49,981 nt of DNA from Octopus sinensis (Eukaryota): contig NW_021834252.1 of assembly GCF_006345805.1 (NCBI RefSeq), forward strand, positions 1 to 49,981, given 5' to 3'. The notes below the pieces were generated by a model. That model made no database searches, had not been told where the DNA came from, and was given only the letters and a program-made list of their open reading frames with translations. Below are positions 38,072-49,981 of the stretch, in pieces; the stretch's first letter is position 1; every line of letters starts with the position of its first letter. A program made the position numbers and the translations under genes.

Positions 38072-39316
38072 TAAAGGTAGGCAGATAGGTTCAGTTATGT
38101 ATGTCTGTATGTATATACTACCTCTTATTTACCTGTCTATTCATCTAAATATTTAGAACACTACTCTATAAAATGCTTTATTGACAAGCAATACCTGCAA
38201 TAGGATCGATAAAAATTTCACTATTTCTCTACAATATTTGACATATAGACACATTAGAAAATATCGATCTGCATCACACTAGCATACCCGGTTTCAGCAC
38301 CTCTATGACAGGAAGACACAACTACAAACTAAGAAGGAATGCTTACAGAAGCACAGCCCTCACTCTCATTAAATAACCATCTCCAACATTATTCTGACGT
38401 CAATGGTTTATACTTCACGTGTAATGTTTGATGCATGCACCAACACATCATGCTGGATATTGAATGTAAATTTGTTCAGGATCTCAGAAACTATTAGAGA
38501 GGCATATTTTACATTCAGTTTTTTTGTTGCTTTTTATTTTTTGTTTTTCATGCTAAGTGAATGAGATGGAAATCATCATAGATGTCATAGATACGATGTT
38601 CAAACGATTAAATTAATTCCTTTGATAGTCGACGGGAAACTAGGATCCCTAATGAAATACCTGCAGTTGGTTTGAAAGGAAAATCGGTTTGCACATTATG
38701 GTGGCGTGTCAAGCCATCGTTGTAAGGTCATAATTTATGTTGACATGGCAGAGTTAATATCAATATATGTGTTTTAAAATAACCAGGCTCTGAGGAAACA
38801 GACTTAACTGTGTTGCCCTATATACAGTGTAGTTTACGTGTAACGGTAAGCTTGTATGTCCGCAAGGAGAAGAGAAACATGACGTTTCGGAACGGGTTCT
38901 TTATCATGGATAAAGGAAAATATCTCATCAATTGAAAAACACTTCTCTCTCTCTTTCTCCCTCTCCTTTTCTCTCTCTTTCTCCCTCTCCTTTTCTCTCT
39001 CTTTCCCCTCTCTCTCAGACCAAGAGCCAATTCTTAAACATCATTCTACTCTTCTCTCGGTCGCCATACACATTTATTCAATCTCTCAAACTTCTCAGTG
39101 AAATGTGTGAATAACAGGGTAACATTGTACTCATCAGTTCTACATATTCTTAATGATCGTTACAGTGTTGAGCCTGATTTACAATGTGGTAATTATTTGT
39201 AAGAAATTAATTGCATTATTGTGTGTAAATTGTTTCGATCGTAGACATTTCACAGCACCGCAGCAAGAAGCGAAACACCGACGATGGAGCTGTGACCTAC
39301 ATCGTATATTATATAT

Positions 39317-39947
39317 GTTAGTTAGTTAGTTAGTTAGTTAATTTGGCTCAAAAGCAAATAGCAAGGCCATGTAGGGGGCCATGGAGTTAAGTACAGGGTG
39401 GTGTTCATGTAAAGAGTTCAGGCCACTTGAGGTCCAGGGAGGCTTTGAACAAAGCGGTCGTCGGCATCTTCACCATCTCGTCTGGCAGCTTGTTCCACGG
39501 ATCCGCAACCCGGACGGAGAAAGCTCCTCTCCTTCGATTGAGATGAAATCGTCGCAGGTAGAGCTTTTCGGAATGACCCCGCAGCCGACGCTCTGGAGCA
39601 GGAGTGAAGAACAGCTCTTTCAAGAGGTTACACTTTCCACTTATGATGTTGTGGGCGAGAATGAGATCACCACGGCGGCGGCGTTTTTCAAGAGAATAAA
39701 GGTCGAGCGTCCTCAGCCTTTCTTCGTAGGACAAATTTTTGAGACCATGAACCATGCGGGTAGCCAGCCTCTGGACTCTTTCGAGGTGCTGTATGTCTTT
39801 GAGGAGATAAGGAGAAGAGGCTTGAATCCCATACTCCAATATGGGTCTCACCAGCATGACATAGAGTGGCAGGAATATGGCTGCTGTGAGCATTCCGAAT
39901 GACCGTCGAATCAAAAACAGAATTCCGCGCGCTTTGTTGGCAGCATT
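39317..39947 (-). mobile_element. Young 5'-truncated CR1/L2-type LINE 3' end with (TAAC)n tail
   Basis: Uninterrupted frame AANKARGILFLIRRSF...LVRPILEYG...LERVQRLATRMV...SLEKRRRRGDLI...LRGHSEKL...FSVRVADPWNKLP, stop at 39405-39407, tail (TAAC)n at 39317-39340. Confidence 0.92.
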
Positions 39948-41584
39948 ATTTTGGTTTATCGTTCATCTCAATCCCAACTGAGTCAAGCTCACACTTCCCC
40001 TTCAATGCTCCTCAGATATAGCTATATATAGTTATATCGGTCATTAGTTAAAACAGTGACATTCATCTAATCATCAAACCTAACCATTACACCCGGTCGT
40101 ACTGGTCTTCAACTCAACCAAATTTCAATAAAGTAAGTACAATAATATACTGGATGGGTGTATACAACTATCCCTCAGATGCCTGCAACTTTAGCCATAT
40201 CTCCACACTAAATATGCCATTGATTGTACCTTAGAAGCCAGTAATTCACTGAAGTATATACATCCGTGACACTAATACGTGAGAAAGCATTAAACCGACT
40301 TTTTCTTCATCAAATAGAAGTTGCTAAGAAACTATCAACGTTATTTGAAAACAATTTTAGGTTCAAAACATTCCCATAACCTAAATCAATATGGAATATA
40401 ATTGGAATTCTCTTTAAGAGTTTATTTTGGAGTAACACACAAATTTTATTCGGTGATGTAAAATTGCAGTTCCCAGCCGTTTTTATTATGTATTACGCAC
40501 AGGATATATATAAATGTAGCAAAACCTCCGATAGCTTATTTACAAATGCCCTAATAAGTCATATTAATATAGAAATTTAAATTACATTCCGTAAATAAGC
40601 AGTGCATGTATACACAGAATCATTCATTAAATATCTGTCACTAAACTAATGAGACTTTGCTACAATTCATAAATTTCATCATTTAGTCGTGGTTGAATAT
40701 TTAGCAAAGCGACATGTGGTTACGCTTTCATTGACAATGTCTTCGTTTTGATGTCAGTTAATGACAAGAGCGTCAACTCACACAAATATATGTTGCAAAA
40801 AGATAGTAACGCTTTTAGAAAGCTTTCACTGCCATCTCTGACACGGTTCTTTTGTATCGGTATCCAACAGGCGCCAATCAATAGCCCAGCATATTTTGAT
40901 ATCAATAAAATGTCGTCGCAGGGTATATCAGTAAGTGGTCTTGTTCTGCAGCGGTGAGATTAGTTTTATCGTAGGAATCCACAAATAATGAATGCAGCTT
41001 CCCGTTGAAGAGAAAGAGAATAATAACGAGCAAGTAGGTGTTGAGCCTGAGATACTCACACGTTACGTTCCGTAATACTTCTGCTTGGTCAAATGCATTC
41101 GCGTTACGAAAAACACGGACACATGCTGTATTTCACTTCTAAATAGAATCTTTTCCATAAAAGCAGATTTTTAGAAAAAGCATCTGTCATGCTCATCGAA
41201 ATAAGTAAGTTTTTTTGTAAATCCTGTATTGATTTGTAAAGTTTGTTATTGTTTGGTTGACTAAAATATATCAGTGAGATATACTTATCGAGTTCCACTC
41301 ACTAATTATTAATAATGGTTTTCGCTCTCTCATTAAACTATTTCATCTCGTTTCTGAATACATAAGTACGTTGCGGTACTTTATCATTGGACAAAATATG
41401 CGTTTTAATGTAAAACAAAAGGATAAGCAATAAAGTCTATTTCACTTGTAAAGTTGTGCAAATTAAACATTTTCACAATTTGATTATACACAAAGAACGA
41501 ATCATTACCAAGGATATCAATTGTCCGTGAAATTAATACATCACTTAGAAAAGGAAAACAAAAAACAAACAAATTATAGTAGTG

Positions 41585-41782
41585 GTTTCAAATTTTGGAT
41601 CAAGACCAGCAATTTCAGGGAGGGATAATTCGATTACTTGACTGGTATTTATTTTAATTGATCTCGAAAAGATGAAAGGCAGAATCGACCGCGGTTGAAT
41701 TTGAACTCAGAACGTAAAGACGGATGAAATGTCTCTAAGCATTTTGTTCATTGTTCTAATGATTCTGACAGCTCGACGGCTT
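41585..41782 (-). mobile_element. SINE A (tail 2a)
   Basis: ggtttcaaattttgg...accagcaatttc...gatgaaaggcagaatcgacc...aatttgaactcagaacg...ctaagcattttg. Confidence 0.85.
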
Positions 41783-42137
41783 AGATACAAGTTATAATAC
41801 TGGCAGGGGTTATTGCTTTTGAACGTACAACGAAATCTTTAATAGAACATGACACCTGGTTTTGATTGCAGGTGAAAATTGCATCTTCAAATTGTCATTT
41901 AATCTCCTATCTTCGGGGACGCTTTTTTTTATCGTTCAAAAATATCCGTATTGACAGTTGTAGATACAAATCCACGGCAAATATAGCTGAAATAATTTTG
42001 CCTAACCTCATAAAGATCACATAACGACCTAAAGTAATGCTTAGCATTGACATACGCACTCTTATTCATTTGTAATGTGAAAGCCTTTGACTTGTAAAAG
42101 ATGGTCGAAGTGGCCACAATTACAATGCTTTCACATC

Positions 42138-42347
42138 GGTTTCAAATTTTGACACAAGGCTAGCAATTTCGGGGGAGGGTTAAGTCCATTACATTGACCC
42201 CGGCGCTCGATTGGTACTTATTTTATCGACCCTGAAAGGATGAAAGATAAAGTCAACCTTGGCTGAATTTGAACTCATGACAAAGATGGACGAAACGCGC
42301 TAAGCATTTTGCCCGGTGTGCTAACGATCCTCCCAGCTCGCACCCTA
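42138..42347 (-). mobile_element. SINE A (tail 2a)
   Basis: ggtttcaaattttgacacaaggctagcaatttcgg...ggtacttattttatcgaccc...aatttgaactc...gtgctaacgatcctcccagctcg. Confidence 0.88.
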
Positions 42348-42975
42348 AGAATGCCTTTGTATTATTTCGATGTCTTACTTGAGCGGGCTGAGGTTTAAAT
42401 GACGACAAAGACGGTGTCATTGAGGGCCACCACCACAGCAACAGCTCTCTGTTCGTTTGTCATTTTTATCCTCACACTAGAGAGTATCGTTACTCGTCAT
42501 AAGACGGGTAACATTGAAAGTATGCTTTTGCAACCAATATCAGGAAATATGGCATAAATACAATAATAATAATAATAGATCTGCTTTTAACAAATTTCTT
42601 GCTGCTTATACACAATATGAAATGAGCACTTATTTTCAAAAGAAAATATTTGTTATCTGGAAATATAATTAAATAAGACTATATTAAAAAGTAAAAAAAA
42701 AAAATAGAAGCAAAATTGCTCTCCCTGTTGATTATATATTATGGAAGTTAGCTTTCTCTCTCTCTCTCTCTCTCTCTCACTCACTCCTTCACCTCTCTCT
42801 CTCACACACTTTTCTTTTCCTCTCTTTTTCTCTTACATCGCACACATATATTTATACATACATATGTGTATGTGTGTTTTTACTCTTTCTTCCTCTCCTC
42901 CTCCTCGTCCGTCTCTATGATTCTCTCTCTCGCTGAATGTGTGTATGTAGGCGTGTATATATATATATATATATA

Positions 42976-43223
42976 GTAAAGACTCCCTTCGCACATGAAT
43001 GATCATGGGATTGCACCTAGAAAGTTCCCCCTCCGAGGCACAAGTCCGGGCAAGGTTCTTTATCGAGGACCAGCAGTCGCCCATGCACAGAAGCCTCCCC
43101 ACTTCGTGCCACCGATGTTATCCAAAGATAAAAGCCAAGGCCGATACAGCTTGGTGACAGTGTCGTTGCAACACATCTCGACATATGAATGAACTGGAGC
43201 AAAGTGAAATAAACTGCCTTCGC
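42976..43223 (-). mobile_element. SINE family G body and tail; head lost
   Basis: The minus strand starts in a CORE-like segment (ctttatttcactttgctccagttcattca) similar to that in 8035-8270. The remainder resembles a recalled octopus SINE body. Confidence 0.6.
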
Positions 43224-43404
43224 TATATATATATATATGAAATAAAAGCAGCTCTAGTATAATAAATATCAAATGCAACACATAGTATGTAATAATATTT
43301 ATTACACTAAAGCAGCTTTTAATTCATAAGTAGATTTTCTCTTAAGTATGCAATTTCTGGGCCTACCAGCTCGCAATTTTACAAGCCATGAACATATGAA
43401 TCGT

Positions 43405-43640
43405 TGGACTGCTTGGGGGATTCGCCTTCAGCCCAGGTGAGTACGTGATGTTGAAAAGCCACAAACATGGCTCAACATCGATGTCCATCACTCCCAAACA
43501 GGATTGGGGTGAGTTATTTCGCCTGTTCATGATTTCTAAGGTGTTTTGATACCTGCCACATGAGAATTGTGTACTTCGCTATGCCATTGCAGTCCACGGA
43601 AAATACACAAAGCGTATACATTAGTATATGTATTTAATAA
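43405..43640 (+). repeat. Unclassified interspersed repeat F, copy 1, ending in (TAA)n
   Basis: Aligns by eye with 48485-48709 (tggactg, gtgatgttgaa, ccatcac.cccaaa, agttat, aggtgttt, attgca.tccacggaaaa, agtatatgta.ttaat). Confidence 0.7.
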
Positions 43641-43669
43641 CAATAATAAAATAATAATAATAATAATAG

Positions 43670-44956
43670 CACCACCCTAAGGCAGATATACAACGAATTT
43701 ATCTGCCAAGAAAAGAGGGAGGCCGTGGTCTTTTGCAACTGGCAATAACAATGAAGATTGCTACAATTGGCCTAGACACCTACCTGAAAAACTCTGAGGA
43801 CTGGATGTTAAAACTTGTCTCAAAACATGAAAACAAGAAAGCATCATACTCAGTCACAAAACAGGCAAAGGAATATCTAAGTGAATTCCGAATACAACCA
43901 ATTTCGGAATTAGAGATAGACATACAAGAAACAAGCACAGAAAAAGCGAGGCGCATGAAAACCCGTGCCAAAACTGCGGCCTTAGATATTCTGAATAATA
44001 AATGGCAAGAAAAACCTCTCTATGGCAAATACCCAAAGAGAGCGAATAATGCAGATATTGACAAAGCCCTGACCCATCAATGGCTAATGGCTTCTGGCTT
44101 AAAATCTGAAACAGAAGGGTTTATCATAGCAGCTCAAGATCAATGCCTACTAACAAGAAACTACCAGGCCAACATATTAAAGATCAGAAGCAGTCCAACA
44201 TGTCGTGTATGAAAGCAACAAAATGAAACCATTGACCATGTGGTCTCCATGCAGTCTTCTAGCGCCTACAGAGTATCTCAACAGGCACGATAGAGCTGCA
44301 CAATATATTCACTGGGTAATCTGTAAAAACCTGGATTTGCCCCATGAAAAAAACTGTTGGGAACACAATCCACCTCCAGTGCTTGAAAACGACCACATCT
44401 CACTCACTCCTCTGGAACTTCACCATTCAACTGACAGAAAGATAGAGGCAAATAGGCCAGACATCATATTGAAAGACTTCAGACAAAGAATGCCTCCTCA
44501 TTGATATGACTGTCCAATCGATATAAACGTATCTGTCAAGACCTACCAAAAACTGAGCAAATATAAAGATCTTGAAATAGAAATCAGCAAAATGTGGAAC
44601 CTGAAGACTAAAACAATACCTGTTGTCATAGGTGCCCTGGGAATGATAGCGAAAGGGGCTGATTGCTACCTAACTCAGATACCAGGAAACCCCAAAATGG
44701 CAGAAATTCAAAAGATAGTGCTCATGGGAACTGCCCATATCCTACGCAAATACTCTCTATGTAATCCCAAGTTTAAAACAAACTTTTTTTTTAAATTTAT
44801 GTATTAGACATTCACTTGTACAACACCAAAAAAACCCAAATATATGGCACACAGACTAGACATAAAACAACGTGAATTTCCAACCTGTTGTCTCTTGAGG
44901 TCTCTGGGTGAGACTTGGAGCCAACTTGTACAGACATAAACAAAAGTCAAACATAG
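43670..44956 (+). mobile_element. 5'-truncated R4/Dong-type non-LTR retrotransposon (RLE endonuclease) inside a (TAA)n tract
   Basis: HPKADIQRIYLPRKEGGRGL...GLKSETEGFIIAAQDQ...CRV*...ETIDHVVS..C (CCHC knuckle), RHD, NRPDII, KYKDL, IPVVIGALG; several stops and frameshifts. TAA repeats lie on both flanks. Confidence 0.88.
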
Positions 44957-45043
44957 ATAATAATATAATAATAATAATAATAATAAATAATAAACAAAAA
45001 CACAACAACAACAATATACTAATAATAATAATAATGATAATAG

Positions 45044-45089
<46 letters not shown>

Positions 45090-45202
45090 TTTGCGTAATA
45101 GATAAAAAAAGCAAGGCTGTGTAGATATTAACTATGGTCTCTATAGCACTTATTCAGCATTATCTGACACCTTTGAGTCTCAGGGACACCATTATCTCTT
45201 AT

Positions 45203-45261
<59 letters not shown>

Positions 45262-45274
45262 TATACCGAGAGAG

Positions 45275-45410
45275 GGTGGGGTTAAATCTATTTCATCTTT
45301 ACAAGTGTTCAACTGGTATTTATTTGATCGACCCGAATGGGATGAATGGCAAAGTCGATCCCAGTGAAGACGGACGAAATGCGGTAACGATTTTACCAGC
45401 TCGCCGCATT
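45275..45410 (-). mobile_element. Decayed SINE A with deletions
   Basis: caactggtatttatttgatcgacccgaatgggatgaatggcaaagtcga...ggtaacgattttaccagctcgccgc. Confidence 0.75.
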
Positions 45411-45894
45411 AGCGCGAATTAATATTCATTAGTTTCTGTATCCATCAATCAAGTCGGTTGACTTGTCCGGATTAACAAAACTCTTCCACCCCGGATGTCC
45501 TGATCTTTCACAGCAGTCTTACTATCCGGAGCCTGATATCCAGTCTCTTCCACAACATGGTAGTTATATGCTCTTCTTGGTCTGCCTGATACATGTATGT
45601 CCGTTCATGATTTTCCAGATTAGGAGATCGTTGTGTACTTCATTCTTGTTTCTCCAGCACTGTCCTGCATAATGTGTTCTTTCTCTGATTACCGAGGCGA
45701 TATTAGGAAGACTATAGTACAGTTTGTAAACTTCAGAAATTCTGTTAACCCCAACTATCCATGAACGTTAACGGGGCCATGAACGTTAAGGTGCCGTAAC
45801 AAAAAGCTATAATTTGCGGGATGAGGGCGACAGAGTTATAGTTATATGCGCAGGCTCTTCTTTCCTTTGTATCTTCTTCTGTTTTCTTTTTTCT

Positions 45895-46262
45895 TTTTTT
45901 TTTTTCGTCATTGAACTACGATCATGCTGTGCAACCACGTTAAGGCGTTATAGTCGGTACTAATTCTATCGGAGCCTATAGCCGAATCGTTAAGTTATGG
46001 AGTTGTAAACAAACCGACAGCGTTTGTCAAGCAATGGTAGGAGAAACAAAAAGAGACAAGAAGACACACACACGTACATAAACACACACACACACACACA
46101 CGTGTACGACGGACATCTACACAATCTCCATTTACGGTATTCACTCAGACGACATTGGTAGGTCCGAGGCGATTATAGAAGACACTTGGCCAAGGTGCCA
46201 CGTAGTGGGAATGAACTTGAAGATGTGACTGCAAAACGAGCTTCTTAACCACACATCTATGC
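45895..46262 (-). mobile_element. Decayed SINE B
   Basis: aattctatcgg...gccgaatcgttaagttatgg...tgtcaagc...agaagacacttggccaaggtgccacgtagtggg. Confidence 0.8.
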
Positions 46263-46436
46263 CAGTGGCTTTGGCTAATTAGTAAATTAGAATTAAGATA
46301 GAAAAGTGGATGAAAAACATGTGTGTTTATTGGGCAGGACATAAAGGGATATCCTGCAAGTATGAATTGAGGTTCATACAGAAATACGAGAGGATTATTT
46401 GAACGCGAGAATCCTCAAGACACTTGTTTAGTACAC

Positions 46437-46507
46437 AACATCAGCATCAATACCACTATCATCATCATCATCATCAACAATACTGTTACCACCACTGTCA
46501 TCATCGT

Positions 46508-46548
<41 letters not shown>

Positions 46549-46570
46549 TGGTCGTCATCGTCGTCGTTTT
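46437..46570. repeat. Compound (CAT)/(CAG)/(CGT) trinucleotide block
   Basis: Directly visible. Confidence 0.9.
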
Positions 46571-47120
46571 CCTCATCAAAATGCTACTGGAGCAGCTAAC
46601 TCAATCTTTCTTTCGACAATAAAATTTAGGCCATTTCCATATTTCCCTGCGTCTTTTAATCTTATATATAGAAGATGCGAGTAAGTTATTAATTTTTGTT
46701 TCTATTTTTTTATTGTTCTTAACTCTATATTTCTTCTTTTTGTCCTCTGTCTGTGTGTCTGCATCAAGAGTTAGATATATCATATAAATGTCTGGAAAGT
46801 TAGAATACCGACAAAGCCAAAATAAAATATTGGAAGGTAATGAAGGCAAGAGTCGTAAAATGAACGTCTTGGTTCCACCTCACTCAACACATGAGACAAT
46901 GGGCTGCTAGATATAGCAGCCAACTCTCTTTCAAATCACACCATGTCATAGAAAACGACACACTGAATAATGTAGTGCTGGAGTCCCTGAGCATAACCAA
47001 AGAATAGAAGGGACGATCACGGCAGGAACTCCTTTAAGCATAAGTCTATACGAAGGGTCAAGCAACAGCAGCATTCCCTAACTGTAACTATAGAACCCAG
47101 CTTGGCCTATTATTTCGTTT

Positions 47121-47288
47121 TCTTTCTTTTACTTGTGTCAGTCATTAGTCTGTGACTATGCTTGGACAACTTTAATCGAACGAATCGAACCCACTATTTA
47201 TTCTTTTCAGCGCCTGGTGATTATTCTATCGATCACTTTCACCGATCTGCTAGTTGAACGTAAACATACCAACACCAGTTTTCTTTCC

Positions 47289-47342
<54 letters not shown>

Positions 47343-47505
47343 TACACATATATGTACGACAGGCTTCTTTCAATGTCCGTCTACCAAATCCGCTCACAAG
47401 GCTTTGGTCGACCTGAGGCTAGAGTGAAAGACACTTGCCTAAGATTCCACACAGTGAGATTGAACCCAGAACCATGAGGTTAGTAAGCAAGCTTCTAAAC
47501 ACACA
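47121..47505 (-). mobile_element. SINE B, diverged
   Basis: ttacttgtgtcagtcatt...tattctatcga...acgacaggcttctttcaatgtccgtctaccaaatccgctcacaaggctttggtcga...gaagacacttgcc. Confidence 0.85.
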
Positions 47506-47787
47506 TACTATTCAAATCTCCTTCAAACTAAATATTGCCATAGTAAGAATGAAAAGGACCTATCATTCAATTGTAACATCTGATATGACGATGTGGTCAT
47601 GGCTGGAATTCTTTTGATCATAGTTACTATGTTCTAAACAATAATAACATCAACAACACGGCATATCTCATTATACACTAGTTTCAAAGCATAGACTCAC
47701 ACGGAAACACGTTCACAAGCACACATATAAAACACATACACACACGTACACATTTATATAGATTTAAATTTACATACTGCTTTGATA

Positions 47788-47990
47788 TCTATTATATAAA
47801 ATCCGTTCTGTCTGTTTGTCTGTGTGTCTTCTAGGATCTCGGGCATCCTCCATCCGATTGCGATCAAATTTGATATGTAGATACCGACGGTATCTGGGCG
47901 TGTATAAATCTTGAAAAAATTACAAAGATCGATTCCAGGTGAGAATGCGATCGATAAAGCCGTTTTTGTCCTGCTTTTCTTCCGTCAACC
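47788..47990 (+). mobile_element. Probable non-autonomous Helitron-like element, 5' part
   Basis: A|TCTATTATATAAAAT start, a short (CTGT)-type run, then ccgattgcgatcaaatttg. This layout is typical of invertebrate non-autonomous Helitrons. No clean CTAG|T end was found. Confidence 0.5.
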
Positions 47991-48484
47991 TGTACATAAC
48001 TGAACCTTCAATTTTTTGTTGTTTTTGTACTGCTTAAAGGCACGTTTCTTTCCTGCCAAGCTTATTATTTAAACTATGTTTGTGTTCTCCCAGTCAACAG
48101 CCTTATCATTACTGGTACTTTAAACTCTTCCGTTGCATATTTGTGTGAATAAAATCGTTTTTCTTTGGAATAGAAAAAAAGTCTATCTTTATTTCTTCTT
48201 TTGCTGGTGTCTCAAATTTAGGTTAAATCAGTGTTTCTCAAAGGGGAGACCTATGGGACGGTCGGACAAGTTGTTCTGAGAAAATTTGGTTTAAATGTTT
48301 GACATCTCAGCACCGTCCATTGGACGGGGGGCGGGCGTTTTGCTCGTATATATATACACACATACATACATACATACATAAATGCACATACTGCTTATAT
48401 TTCATATGTAACTTTTCTTTTTGCTAAGCAATTCCCGGCCGGCCGACCAGCTCATAATTTTACACACCAAGAGCATGTAAGTCA

Positions 48485-48708
48485 TGGACTGGCTGGGTGA
48501 CTTACATTCACCTCTGGCAGGTGGGTGATGTTGAACATGCCTCAAATGGCGAAGCACCCGTTGCCCATCACACCCAAATGGGATTTAAGGTAAGTTATCT
48601 TGCGTGTCCACCACCCAGGTGTTTCTAACACCCAGCGCTTTGAGAGTGTATATACTCCCCCACGCTATTGCATCCACGGAAAAATACATTAAGTATATGT
48701 AGTTAATG

Positions 48709-48756
<48 letters not shown>
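48485..48756 (+). repeat. Unclassified interspersed repeat F, copy 2, with (TAA)n tract
   Basis: Homologous to 43405-43640; (TAA)n at about 48705-48756. Confidence 0.7.
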
Positions 48757-48761
48757 TATAG

Positions 48762-49815
48762 ATAAGTTTCTTTATTGGCCACACAGGGCTGCACACAGAT
48801 GGGACAAGTTACAAGGTAGAGCTTTTCTTTTGGGGATAGAAGAACAAAAAACCAAAGAAAAAAAAAAAAGGGGGTGGCGTAGGTTTTCGATCAAGAGGGA
48901 TCGTAAAAGGGAAGAAAAGAACAAAAACAAAAAAAACAAAAAAAATTGAATAAAATATAAAAAGAATAAAAAGAAAAAAGAAAAGGAAAAGGAAACAAAA
49001 GGAAAGAGAAATGAAAAAAGAAGAAAAAAATGGGAAAAAATAGGAAGAGGAAAAAAAAAGAACGATCAATAGGGATCGTGTATCACAGTGTTATGATATA
49101 TGGTGTAAAGGGGAAAGCAAGTAAGGTTTATCCGTGGAAGAAAAGCCTACGAAAAAGACCACGGTAACCTTGGTCATACTTGTTATATGTTACCACATTG
49201 TTTGCAAGTGGGTAACCCTCTGTTTTCAATTTCTGGCGTTCATAGGATTATGCTCAAGGTGGCTTCGTCATTCATACGTGCCATCCTTGCTACATTCACC
49301 CACAAAATTTTTTAAAACATTCGCTAGACAAAAACTTGCCTCTCTACTCTCACTTTCCTTTTCAAGTGGTACTTGAAGAAGTTGATGAGAGATTGACCAG
49401 AGAGGAAAGTGTTTGTCTCCAATCTTTCAGACGCGTCCACCAGATACATTCTTTCGCCATAGCCACAAGGATGATGAAAATAGCTCTTCCTTCCCGTTTG
49501 AAGGAAGGAGGCGTGACAATATTGACGATAGACTCAGCTGATAAACCGACTCGTCCCACACGTGACAGAAATTGTCGACATAAGCCCACAGGTCGGAAAT
49601 TGTTGGACACTGCACGAGTGCGTGCAGAACGGTTCGTCGCTCTGACCGCATCTCGGGCAGGTCGGCCCCGTGTTTCTCGAGCCGTGTCTGTAGAGCTTAT
49701 CCGGAACGGGTAGCGCTTCTCGGTAGCACTGCCAGGCCAGGGATCTCTGGAAGTTGTCCATGGGCCCTGGCCCGAAAGTCGTCCTGAACAGGCGGGTCAG
49801 GTACTCCTCGTCGAC
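48762..49815 (-). mobile_element. 5'-truncated L1-clade (Tx1-like) LINE: ORF2 C-terminus (zf-RVT) and 3' UTR
   Basis: FQRSLAWQCYREALPVPDKL...CPRCGQSDE(T)VLHALVQC...AMAKECIWWTRL with frameshifts; probable stop at 49240-49242; T-rich 3' UTR; AATAAA at 48776-48771. The Tx1 subclade assignment is an inference. Confidence 0.8.
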
Positions 49816-49981
49816 GTTTCCAGTTAAAACGTTTCCAGTTAAAACATTTCCCAAGAATAGTCAGTCCGAGGGGTTTTGTCTGTACTAAGCCAAACATGTT
49901 TTGGGAGAGTAGTGAGGCAGAAAGGGGAAGAGGGAGAGATAGAGATATATACATATATGCATATATATATAAGAGAGAGAT

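Noticed and set aside
39381-39902. 173-aa plus-strand ORF
   Set aside because: It is the antisense shadow of the CR1/L2 ORF on the minus strand.
48229-48290. CAGTGTTTCTCAAA, a hAT/Charlie-like TIR
   Set aside because: No convincing partner TIR or 8-bp TSD.

Overview
AT-rich, microsatellite-dense eukaryotic DNA with no protein-coding host gene that I can support. The tRNA-derived SINE families and repeat landscape resemble octopus (coleoid cephalopod) genomes; that assignment is inferred from recall, not from a search. About two dozen SINE copies or fragments fall into working families named here: A (interchangeable 3' tails), B and G/E. There are also 5'-truncated LINEs (two CR1-type ends, a decayed CR1-type RT, an R4/Dong-type element in a (TAA)n tract, and an L1/Tx1-type end), an internally deleted Mag-like Gypsy element, two Tc1/mariner MITEs, a probable Helitron-like 5' end and TA-embedded hairpins. 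The main observations are: (1) the tail of one SINE A subfamily matches the 3' terminus of the L1/Tx1-type LINE in this window (34/41 nt, ungapped), and three of its four copies end at the same GGTATTTCG site of another SINE A, one with a 10-bp target-site duplication, suggesting a LINE-driven SINE that targets its own relatives; (2) a near-perfect 154-bp palindrome inside (TA)n carries a minimal type I hammerhead-like motif on each strand; (3) the Gypsy LTR-end/tRNA-Ser primer-binding site is tandemly amplified. Most ORFs in the supplied track are microsatellite or antisense artefacts.
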